A stretch of 55,785 nt of DNA, counting the filler, from Dimargaris cristalligena (lineage: Eukaryota): assembly GCA_003614675.1 (NCBI GenBank). It is 3 parts of 3 records of this genome, joined end to end, with 100 filler letters (N's around TTAATTAATTAA, not from the genome) between each part and the next. Parts side by side here need not be neighbours in the genome. Positions count along the whole stretch, not along the records: positions 1 to 18,564 come from ML002762.1; positions 18,665 to 37,186 come from ML002764.1; 1 more part is not named here. One strand, given 5' to 3'. Positions 9,567-20,972 of the stretch are shown piece after piece. The notes under the pieces were generated by a model that was not told the origin of the DNA, made no database searches, and was given only the letters and a program-made list of their open reading frames with translations. Every line of letters begins with the position of its first letter. Positions within the stretch are counted from its first letter, which is position 1. Made by a program: the position numbers and the translations under genes.

Positions 9567-12500
9567 ATGTCCCCCGTCAACGGAAGTGCTAGCCGTCCCC
9601 GTCGGGGTCCAGCCCCAGACATGCAGACGCCGACCCGTCCCCAACGCCAAGCCGCCGCCGCTGCTTCAGCTTCCGCCCCCTCCCAATTCATGGCCTCCTC
9701 GGACTTGGACGATTCCGATTCCCTGAGTGACAACGACCCGGGGTCCCCATCGGACACCTCCCCCACGTCTAGCGACCATGAGGATGGGGAGAAACCGACC
9801 CGCCGTACCACCCAACTAGCCGGTCGCCGCGCCCCGGCCGCCAAACGGCAGATGGCGAAAATCCCCACACCTACTAAAGCGGCCGTCCAGTCGCGTGCCC
9901 GACCCAGCCGGGGCGGTCCCAAAGACCACGGCGGCGAAAGTGATGCGGCCGCATCTACGACGACCCCCTTGGCGAAGCGCGCCCGCATGGATCGCACCGA
10001 AACCACCCCCCGCTATAATAGTCCATCCGCTACCAGTGGCGGAAGCCGGGATCCCCACCGATTCAATAAAAACACCCCCGCCGGTCGGGCAGGTATTCAG
10101 GCCCGGGAAGCCCTTCATACTTGGTGCCGCCTGACCTTCCGGGAGGTTCGGTACTACAAAGATTCCACGTAAGTAGCTAATTACTGAAATACGGCTCTGA
10201 TTGCCAATCTATACCGGGTGGTCTTCAGCCTATTGCTTCCCCCTTCCTTCTTCACCATTCAATGATACCTTAATGCCAGCTTGCGGCCGTTTTGGTCCAA
10301 ATACAGTGTACCTAATTCCGGATTGCCCACTGTATTGGATTATTTTTTGACCTCCCTACCACCACTCACCTGGCACGCGTCATGACAGAGGGCGGCTTGT
10401 ATCCAAAATGTTCCACGATCTTCCAGACGCCAAAGAATACCCGGATTACTACCAAGCCATAAAGACCCCCGCTTCCTTTTCCTGTGTGCGGGAGCGGATC
10501 GATGATCGACTGTATAACAATGCCGCCGAATTCATGACTGATATGGAATTGATCTTCGAAAATGCTAAATTCTATAACGAAAAGGGGTCGCAGATCCACG
10601 ACGACGCAGCCCTTCTGCAGGTAACTTACATTGATTCAGTCTTAGTTTATAAACTCGTTGCAAGCCTACGTGAATCTATTTCTTATTCCGGTTATTGCTC
10701 TTATTACCCTCTTCCCCTTCAGCGCAATGAGTACTCGTATTAATTCATTATTCTATTGTTGTGCCCCTTGTATGGTGATACCTTCACCACCCCCGTGTTA
10801 TCACATTGCCCGCTTTTGTTTCCGCTATGATCCAGAAACTGTACCACAAATCCCTAAAAACCTCACCCCCTCCATTCGAGGAGAGCTTAGACGAGCGCGT
10901 GGCCACTTTTGAACGGACCGGGCGATCCCTAGACCCACCCGTCACCAAGCATCGGCCAAAGTCGGCCGCGAGCACCCCCGGGGGTGGACCTCCCCACCAC
11001 TCCGGTTCTACCGCCAATTCCGAATCGGGGCAACCGGAATCCCTGCGGAGTCGACCCCTCATTACCGCCGACGAAACCGCGGACCTGTTGCGGGCCATTG
11101 AAACCGCCGACTACGACATTGCCTTTGACATTCTGGGCCGCGTCCGGCTCGACCCAGCCGCGCTCTACGATACCCACCAGGACGGCCTCGATTTCACCTG
11201 GAGTTTCCTGCACGCAGCGGGCTTTTTCGGCCGGTTCAAGATCCTACCCGCCCTGATGGAACAGGGTATCGACGTCAACATCAAGGATACGCTGTATGAG
11301 GGAACCCCTTTGGCCTGGGCGGCGTACGGCACGCATAAACGGATCGCCCGGGCGTTGGTGGAACGGTACGGGGCGGACGTGTACGCGAAGAATATCCATG
11401 ACCAAATTCCACTGGATTTGGTGCCTGAGGAGGAAGTTGATGAGTGGCGGCTGATTCTAACGGATAAGAAACATAATCCGGCGCATTCAACCGGGGCCGC
11501 CAGTAGCACCTCCGGTGTAGGGGGGGCGGCAGCGGCTCGGGCCACCCCTGAAGCCCGACCGGCCATACCCACCGTGACCCGTGAACAACTGGTCGCACCC
11601 ATGACCGAAGTTGTCGAACAGCTCAAAGAACTGACCGCGGATGACGAAGAAGAGGATGAAGATGAAGACGAGGAGGGCCCCCGGCAATTAGCCGAAATGT
11701 TTTTGGAACTTCCCTCCGCTAGTGAATACCCCGAGTATTTCGAAGTCATCAATCAACCCCGGGCCTTCGAAACCATTGAACAGCGAATCGCCCAGACCGC
11801 CGACGGATCATCCACCGGCGGGGGGTACCAGACGTGGGCGGAATTCCAGGCCGACTTTCAACTCATTTTCGACAATGCCCGGTTCTTCAATGAAAAAGGG
11901 TCCCAAATTTACGAGGACGCCAATACCCTCGAACAGAAATTTGCGGAACTCCAAACAAAAGTTCTCAATGCCCACCAGTTGGGGTTCTTAGCTACGGCGA
12001 CCGGATCTGCAACTTCGGCTTCGGGCCAAGCCATTCAACAGCCGTTCACCCAGATTGTGCAGCGATACGTATGGAACCAAATTCCCTACCAGACTAACGA
12101 CTTCGTGTTTTATCGGCATGCGGACGACCCCCAAATCACCGTGGCGTTTATTCGGACCTTAATGGTCAACGAAAAGTAAGTTTGCTGGTTCGATGTGTAG
12201 TTGTATACCTGTGAATCGGCTTTTATTACAGCGTGGAATGGGTGTCGCCGAATGGGCCAAATGCGTTGGTTTCCGGTATGCATGCAGTTATGCTCTACCG
12301 GATACCCCTTGCCATTCGTTGCATGAGTACTGTTTAGTGCCTTGTTCTTGCTGATCTTTCGTTAGATATGGCTTAGCAAGATTTACCGAATACTTACCAC
12401 ACCTTGCTTCTACTTTTCAATTATATATAATATGTGTATGTCCTTGACGGCAAACACTGCCACTTCCCACCTATCTGCTACACTAGATCTGAACCACTAT

Positions 12501-15500
12501 TCTCCGGCGTCTGGTTCTATCGGCCCGATCAAGTAAGTTATAAAGGATCAGGACCACCTCCCCTCCCCCTATTACCAGGCCTCTTCCGCCCTATCTGTTT
12601 CTGGATACAAAGAAGGCCATACCTGGCAATTTTCCCACCAGGCTTTTTAATGCTAGCACCCGGAAACGCAGTATCAGCCACCCTCTCCACCCGCTAGCTC
12701 CCCTGTCTAATGATATAACTTGGCTATATAACCCGCGGACGTTCTAACCTTTACTCTTCCCCTTGTTTTGTTTTGTACTTGTCTATATTACTCCGCTTCT
12801 GAACAGACCTACCACTCTGCCACCCGTACTTTCTATTCCAACGAACTATTTCTCGCCTCGAACGCCGATAAGATCCCCCTATCCGGTGTTCAAGGCAAAT
12901 GCTTTGTCATGCCCCTTAAGGAATACCTAGTCAGCCATCCCGAAGGTGTACCCCCCGACCGACTCTTTCTGTGCGAATCCCGGTATATCGAAAAGAACAA
13001 GCAGTTTCAGCCACTCAAGGATTGGAAGAAGCAGCTCGGTGTCGACGTTGCTCCGACATTGCCCTTGGTGCCCCGGCCCACCCCACTGAAACTGGCCAAA
13101 ATCCCGTCCCCCTTGGCTAACCCAATGACCACCACGCCCCGTAAAAAGGCCCCGTCGTCCGAGCCTAGTGCCACCACGCCCGCATCAGCGAGTCGATCGG
13201 GTCGACCCCGTCAGGCCCCTAAATCGTATGCCGAGGAAAATGACGACGATGATGATGATGACGGCGATGAAGAAGAGGATGAGGACGATGGCGAAGACGG
13301 GGATGGTAAGGATAGCACCTGGGGGGGTGGAAGCAAAACCGCGCCTGGTACCGCCGCCGCGCGTAATGCGGCTCGACCACCTAACAATGGTATGTCTGGA
13401 GGCATGGCCTCACCCGGTGGTATGATGATGCCGGGGGCTAATCCATTCATGAACCAAATGGCCGTGATGCAACAGCAACAACAACAACAACAACAGATGA
13501 ATGGTATGCCAATGTCGCTTCCTCCCAACGCCATGTACAACAACTCAGCCATGGCAGCAGCCGCGGCTTCGGGTATGTTACCGGCGGGCCATCCCATGTA
13601 CGCCATGATGGCGGCGGCAGGGGGGCAATTCCCACCCGGCGGTATGATGCCCCCCGGAATGCCCGGCGCCAACTATCCCGGCGGCATGCCCAACATGCCC
13701 TTTAATCCGACCGCGGCTGGTATTCGACCAACGCCCACCCCGGGTTTCCCGGGCATGGGCGGACAGGCTAGCTCATTGCCCTTACATATGCAGTTACAAC
13801 TCCAACAGTTCCAAAATAATCAGCAGCTACAGGCGATGAATAATCCGGCGTTTCAACAGCAGATGTACTTACAGATGATGCAGAATCAGCAGCTCCTTCA
13901 ACAGCAACAGCAACAACAGCAGCAGCAGCACTACCAGCAACAGCAGGCCATGGCCAAAGCCGCGTCCACCGCGGCAGGTGGCTCACCTAATCGAGGCAAT
14001 TTCGGTTTCCCAGGTTCACCCAATGCCAACTTCCCGGGCAGTCCGGCGATGATGGCAATGATGGGCGGATTCCCCGCTAATAATCCGATGGCTAATATGG
14101 CCGCCATGCAACAACAGGGCGCCATGTATCCCTCCATGTCGGCGGGCGGCGCTCATTCCAACCGTAGTTCTATATCGGGCACATCTTCGGTATCGGCATC
14201 ACCTAACCCCAATGCTGCTCTTAATATCGGTGGTGGTGGTATGGCCACTGGAACTCCACGGCGACTGTCTTCGGCAGCAGAGCAGCAACAACAGGCCCTT
14301 CGATCGGCTAAAGCCAAGAAAATGGGGGCTCCGAATGCGCCATCGGCCGCTAAGGATGGCACACCCATGTCTCCGACCGCTAACCGTTCGACCATGTCGG
14401 TAGACTCCCCGAGCCTTCAGTCGGTGGGGACAGGTGGTGGAGCCCCGTCGTCAGTATCGTCCAACTCCGCGTCCTCGGGTATATCCCCTGCCCAACTGGC
14501 CGAACTGAACAACACGTTGCCTCCCCAGCCCTGGCAGAGGCGCACTTTAACCGCCACTGCCCCGCCGAAAACTACGACGCTGTTGTACAGACTGCAAGTG
14601 GCCACCAGTGACCGGAAGTTTTTTATTACCTTGGATTTGGACGATGCGGCGTATAGTTTCCATTTACACGAGTCGGCCCCGTCACTCATGATTAAACCAG
14701 TCGCTTATCACGCTTACCGGTCCATTTCCAACGGCACCGCCCCCGCTACGCCAGGCTTGGGCCCGGGTTCGGGTAACCCAACTGTTGAGGCGGGTGCCGA
14801 CGGTTCAACCAACGGCTCCCAACAACAGCCGGCGTGGGTGAACCACCTCCATGTTGGCCCCGTCTTTTTCACGCTCCGCCAAAATAGACGGCCCTTCCCG
14901 CCTACATCCTATGTCGACGTGAACAGTAAATTCCATCCGACCGCTGCGTTTCCCTTGGGCGTCCCTATTTCGGCTCTGGTGCAGCCCGGCGGGTGTCCTA
15001 ACCCAAGCTCACCCACCCTAGTTATGCCTAGCCACAAGTCGGGTCAAAGCGGCGCTACAGCCCAACTGAGTTCCACGGGTTCCCCGGGCTCTGTAACTAG
15101 TGGAAGTGGAAATGGATCAGCAGGGTCAGGCATGGCCAACACGAACGGGAATGCAGCCACCGCGAATGGCAACGGAGGAGGCGATGCGGTAACGTCGCCA
15201 GTGCCGGGAAGTTCACCGAGCTTGGTCCAGTCCCCTCAGCTACCGGGCTCTAATGACCCACCGCAACCCACACTTGGTACGCCTACCCTCCAACAACCAT
15301 CATCATCGCCGGCGTTGGCCACCCACCCCACCGCCCCGACCACCGTCCCCAATCGGACTTCCACGCTCCCCGGCCTACCCCTCCAAGGTATCCCCCCCAC
15401 CCTGGCTGCCGCGACCCAGTTCGCTTCGCCTATTTACGATATCCCGCTGCAGTCCGGATTAAATGCCCTGGAACTCTGGACCTCCAATTTCCCGCCCGCC

Positions 15501-15614
15501 GATAGTTCAAATATTGTACACACTGCCATTGCTAAATTACCCCCCGCCGCGCTGCGGGCATTAGAAACGGCGCCGAAATTCGAACAAGTATTAAAAATCT
15601 TCATTACTAAATAG
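9567..15614 (+). CDS. Rsc1/Rsc2-polybromo-like chromatin-remodelling subunit: bromodomain, ankyrin repeats, bromodomain, BAH, Q/M/G-rich region, C-terminal domain (~1675 aa)
   Basis: Exons 9567-10168, 10389-10620, 10836-12175, 12487-12532 and 12807-15614 join in frame with GT-AG sites. BD1: FHDLPDAKEYPDYYQAIKTP...LIFENAKFYNEKGS. BD2: FLELPSASEYPEYFEVINQP...LIFDNARFFNEKGS. BAH: GVWFYRPDQ|TYHSATRTFYSNELF...GKCFVM...FLCESRY. Ankyrin: SFLHAA, GTPLAWAA, IPLDL. The start codon is the least certain part. Confidence 0.88.
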
Positions 15615-16325
15615 ACGGGCTATTTCATACGACGTTCTTTTTTTTATTTTTACTATTCTTTACTTTTACTTTTACATTAGTCAAGCCCCATTCCACCCCC
15701 ACCCCCCAGTTTTTTAAAATGATGTTTACACTGCGCTTCCGCCTCCTCTTTCCGCGACCAGTTTTTTTTTTCATTGTCGTTATATACAGATATTTCTATA
15801 TCACTATATGTGTCCGTACTTCGTTTATTATTATTTTATGCAATCTTTTTTTGTTCGCATCCTGCCGTTTGTCTATATCGCTTATTATATACATATTTAG
15901 TTATTTATTGCTCACCCATCAATAATATATATTAATCACAATTGCTAAAATGTATTTTTTTATATGAATATATACGTCATTACTTTCAGAGCAAACGATG
16001 GTCAAGATGGAAGGTGGAAAAATATTGAGTATATCGAGGTATTTCTCTAGATACATCTGGGTTATAAAACGTGCACACGTTCGCCTAATGGCATGGGGGA
16101 TAGGTGGACGACTGACTGCTGTCCCAACAGTGTGTCCGTTAAAAGATGTGTTACCAATAGAGAGAGCAACGAGAGGCATAGCCAATTTGGAGAGGTCGGA
16201 AGTCGTGTAATTAGTATTCAATTTTGTGTCTGAAGTTAGCTTTTCCTCCCGTTGAGTTACATTCATTCCTTAGCTCATCCCCTCCCTTTATCACTGTAGC
16301 CTTCTAATTCACTTTGCCTCACCCC

Positions 16326-17340
16326 ATGTCGACGTCGGCAGACCTAACTGACCTCATTGAGGCCATCGCCTTACTCTACCAGGCCCCGGAACTCCAGACC
16401 GCCTATCTACAGCTATTCAAACAAAGAGCCGCAGGAGGGGGAGCCCTTCATGCTCCAGCTCCATTTCGGGACTGCCGACATGAAGCCAATTCAACCGGGA
16501 CACCCCATGTGGCTATCCCGGACGGAGTTTTAAAAGTAGGTGTATTATACTAGCTATCTCCCCATACTCTTTTGGACTTTTTTCTTATTTGGACCTTCCT
16601 GGCTAATCCTCTCTTTAAATTAATAGTAAGCCGCGTCAATTACAGCTTGGCTTACCGGTGGAGCCAGTACTTAGGGCCTGTTTCCAGACGTACTTATGCT
16701 GTGCTTTAAACCGTTGTTTCCACCATCCCTTATGGCTAGGTGATGCGGGCCCTGGAGGAGCTGAAAATACGCCGGATTACCCAATTTTATGTAGTGGATC
16801 CCGACTATTACGACTGGACGTTACAAGCGCGTGTGTAAGTGGATTATTTAATATTCTTGCTTGGGGATACTCAGCCAATACACCGTTATTCCCGAATCCT
16901 TACTGATTCCACAAAATGCCCTTGCGAAGTCCACCAGGTTGTAGCTTGGAATGGGCCTGGTCTGCAAGTGTAATTGTGTCAACTAAGCGGACTATGCCCA
17001 ATACTAAGTGTGCACCATCTCGGTTGGTATGGCCATTTGTTTAATAATTTAATGCCGGTGGCAGTTTCCGGTTAACGGCTCCATCGGTGGCTCATCTTTG
17101 TAAATGTGTGGTGATGGAGAACACGCGCTCGTCCCACCAACGGTACGACTCGGTGGCCGATTCCCGCTATTACTGTATCGTGGTTCAGGTAAGTTATGCT
17201 GGTATTCCAATCGTACCTGGTAGCGAAGTACTTCGTTTACCACAGTATTTCTTTAGCGGCGAAATATTCCGTTCAGTCATTTTTATTAATGAATTACTAC
17301 CTCTGGTTCACTGATTATATTCACCTCCAATTGCTGCACA

Positions 17341-17375
<35 letters not shown>

Positions 17376-17937
17376 CCATCATACAGTATATATCGTCCAT
17401 TGACACCGCCAGATTGACCGAATTTGTTCGGCAGCAAGATGGTTATACCAAGGGCAAAAAAAAGTACAATTTCCGATTAGTTGATTCGGATATGTCTTTA
17501 GCTCTCACGGGTTACTCCAACAATGCCGTGAGCCCATTCGGTCTAAACCACCCCATCCCGATTATCCTGGATAAATCAATTGACCGGTTAAGCGTGAGTG
17601 AACTATTTATGCACATATATATATGGCTTATTAGAACTGCCAACAGATACTAAGCATCGTTGACATGCTGCACTGTTAGAATTCAACTTATATACTACAT
17701 TGGCTGCGATTAGAAGGTAATATGCTTTTAATTCCTAGGACCGTGAGCACCAAATCTTTGGAGTACTGACTTTTTATTCTCATTTTCTGTATCCTACAAT
17801 GGATTACTTGAAAGCCCCCTGTATTGTACCTTGGGGCTGGCCACGCCGACTGGAAACTAGCCCTCCCGATAACTGAGTTTAAACGGGCCACTGGTTGTTC
17901 CGTCGTTGACCTCTCCCCATCCCAGAACGAAAGTTGA
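16326..17937 (+). CDS. YbaK/aminoacyl-tRNA editing-domain family protein (~252 aa, 5 exons)
   Basis: Exons 16326-16535, 16740-16834, 17065-17188, 17387-17593 and 17815-17937 join in frame. Motifs DYYDWTLQAR, HLCKCVVMENT, YYCIVVQY, KKKYNFRL, LTGYSNNAVSPFG and LYLGAGHADWKL. Confidence 0.88.
17343..17375. repeat. (CT)n microsatellite forming the polypyrimidine tract of a YbaK-gene intron
   Basis: Direct reading of ctctctct... just upstream of the acceptor AG at 17385-17386. Confidence 0.9.
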
Positions 17938-18564
17938 GTTATGAAGTTTTAAGAGCACGATTAAGTGTCGCGTTTGTAACGACAGATCCTAGTGGACAGG
18001 TACAGTCGCAGACTATATTAATTGACTTGGAAGCCGGCAATCTCGACTGGCAGTTCGATTTCTATTGCTCGAACATAAATGCCTCGAGGGAAGGCTGTAA
18101 TTCGGACAAGCAGGTTGGACGAGAATGATAACGAAACAGTACGTAAAAGGCTGTGGCGATACACTACAACCCCGGCCCGTTGCTAATTATCTGGTCTAAT
18201 AAAATAACCATTAGAATAAACTATGGTACCGTATCAAGTTAGCCCCGTGAACCATTGAGGCTGCGAGGTGCTTCAAGAGGGAATACATACTAGCCGACAC
18301 AAACATATAAGCCCCCAGCTTGTAGTCTAGGACACCATCTCGCTAAAATTGAGCAAGCATAAATTCCGACGTGGTTAACTACTGAAGGGAAGCTGGTTAA
18401 TGAAATACCAGCGTACGATTAAGCCGGCGAGGACAACATAAGTAAAAGTGAATGGGGCACCCTATGCCTATTCAAGGGGATGGGAGGGGGGGCTTGGCAC
18501 GGGTACTAGTGGGCCGGTTCTATAAATTGGGTAGTATGAATTAAAAGGGGAGTCGAGCAGGAAT

Positions 18565-18664
18565 NNNNNNNNNNNNNNNNNNNNNNNNNNNNNNNNNNNN
18601 NNNNNNNNTTAATTAATTAANNNNNNNNNNNNNNNNNNNNNNNNNNNNNNNNNNNNNNNNNNNN
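18565..18664. other. Artificial contig linker (N44-TTAATTAATTAA-N44)
   Basis: Exactly 100 bp with a central six-frame stop spacer; identical to 37187-37286. Confidence 0.97.
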
Positions 18665-20081
18665 GCTCGGAATCGGGCTTATCGGAAGAGACGGGCCGCA
18701 GATTGGAGCTTTTGAACAGGTTGATATCCATGTCGTCGTCTTGGTAGTTGTTTTCGAGGTGCGTGTCCTCGGCCTCCTCCAGGGGGTACAGGGAACTCTC
18801 GGAGCGGGGTCCCACTTTGGGGTTCAACTGGGGGTGCGAGGCGCTGGCGAGGAGGGGGGGTCGAGTGGCCGGAGGAGGGGGTCCGGCGGTAGTCGGGGAG
18901 GTGGTAGAAGCTAGCCCGAGGTTATCATTAGTGGGGGCGAGGGAAAAGGCATTGACGGTGGTTAGACGCCGGGACCGGCTGAAGAACATGGTGGCGGGCC
19001 GACTCACCATGGTCGAGAAGGAGCGCATGCTGCTCTTGGACGGTTTGCGCGAGAGAGTGTCGGCGCTTAGGGACATACGCCGACCCGGGCGTCTAGGAGG
19101 GGTTAGGCTGAGGTGGTGGAGGATTTCATCGAGGGACTCCTCGAGGGGGGGCGGGTTGGTGGGCCACAGGGGCGCCGAAAGCTTTTTGCGACGAACGTCG
19201 GTCATGCGTCGTTCCAAAGGGGACATGGGTGGAGTAGTGGTTTGGAGGGTCATGGAGGTGGAGTGCCGGGGGAAGGTCACCGCGGTCGCTGACGAAGCGG
19301 TACTGCACAGGGATAGGTTGTTGGGAGTCTGGGGCGTGCGCAGGGGCTCGCAAGTGTCTTTGTCACAGACCGAGTTCACCTCGGTCAATGTGGGACTACG
19401 TACAGCCAGGGTCGGCGCCAACACCGGGGCGTAGTGGCGCTTCCGACGAATCCCCCGGCGGCAGACCTGGGCGGACCGGATACTGTTGGACCGGGTTGGG
19501 GCGGGAAAGAGCTGACTCTTGGGTGCGGTGTATTGGCCAAAGGAGAAGTGTTGGTTAAATAAATGGTAGTCGACTACCTGGGGCAAACCCATGGGTTCGA
19601 CCGGCGAGTCGGGGGACTGGGATAGTTCGCCATTGAAAAGAGCAGTGGAGGTAGTATCAACAGTGAGCCCAGGCGAAGCAGGGGATCGGGGTTCCGTAGC
19701 GGGCATGAAACCCACATGGACGCCGGTTTGATTGGTGGTAAGTTCGCTCTCGCTGTCGCTTTCACTTTCGGCCTCCAGAAACCAGGCAGAGTTTGTAATA
19801 GGAGTCGGCTCCCAAGGGCCGCTCTGGCGGGAGTGCAGCAGACCCCATACCGAGGTTGGTGGCCGCTGGTGTGATCGACGGGGGCGGCTTTTGGTGGGAA
19901 AGGTCAGCAGGGTAAGGGAGAGAGGCAGGCTGAAGAAAACAGGGGGCTGCTCCGCCAGGGGAGAGCCAAGGCAGCGGCGGAGTTTTTTGACGGGGAAATA
20001 GCCGCCGGGTCGCAGACCTTCGAGTGGCCGGTGCCGCTGGATGGTTACCAGCATGGTAAGGGATTTGCGCGGCTGGCCCAT
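18665..20081 (-). CDS. Hypothetical Ser/Thr/Pro/Arg-rich protein, 3'-truncated at the contig end
   Basis: ORF of more than 470 codons open to the gap, with coding-like GC and several RRxS/T motifs (RRMT, RRMS, RRLT). No recognisable domain. Confidence 0.75.
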
Positions 20082-20762
20082 GGTGCAGGGCGTGTCAATA
20101 GGAAGGGGGGGTAGTGATATGCACTACACTAGGATGCGGAAGGGGGGCTGGGCTATGTGTACGGGTGAGCAAACAAAAAATAGATATATAAAACCTAGGA
20201 GGACACGGGGTGGTGAAGAGGGGTGCGGCTAGCGCAGGGGGGTTCAAACGGGTGGCAGGTTTCGTCTAATGCCGAAGTAAAACATATAAATAAATAAATA
20301 GGAGCGTTGGGTACGGTAGGCGGTGAGCTGCGGGTACTGGTGAATTGGGGCCCGATAGTCGTCACCAGAACAGTCGCCAGGTGCAGTGAAACGGGGGAGT
20401 GGGGGAGATAAGTAAAAGGGTGGATTTAAACATTAAACATAAAAGTGAGAATGGGGAAGCGAAGAGAGCAGCTCCAAATTGATACGTTGGGGCTCGCTTG
20501 ATGAATTGCGAATCGATAACTAGAGTGCGTGGAGAGCAGCCAGGCTTGTCGACATTGAAGCATGTGGGAGAGCCGGATTATAGGTGGAAGGGTACGGCTG
20601 AGGTGAAGAGTGGCATGACCAGTCAGGCCTAGCAAAGATAATAGAAGAACTGTGAGGAGCTCAGTGGTCCAAGGGATGTGCGTCAGGGTTGGGTGGAAGT
20701 GGTGATGATTATGATGATGAACAAGACGGTCAGTAGGAATGGCTGGTATACTTTGTATATTG

Positions 20763-20972
20763 TATATATATATATATATATATATTGTATAATTAAATAG
20801 CCGCTATAGATACGGTGGCCAGTAGAAACAACGGAGGCGAAGCTAGGTAGGTAGGTAGGTAGGCGTAAAAGGACTGAGGAGGTAGAGTGCAAAAGGTGGG
20901 CCATCTGAACATGGGGGGATAAGAGCGCGCGGCTGGGCAAATGGCCAGTATATATATATATATATATATATA
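20763..20972. repeat. Microsatellite cluster: two (TA)n tracts and one (GTAG)n tract
   Basis: Direct reading at about 20763-20784, 20846-20863 and 20949-20972. Confidence 0.85.

Noticed and set aside
6892-17937. Proline theme: P5C reductase and a YbaK/ProX-type protein on the same contig
   Set aside because: They are separated by an unrelated 6-kb gene and show no shared regulatory signal, so this is probably coincidental.
18609-18620. TTAATTAATTAA palindrome (also 37231-37242)
   Set aside because: Synthetic six-frame-stop linker, not biological.
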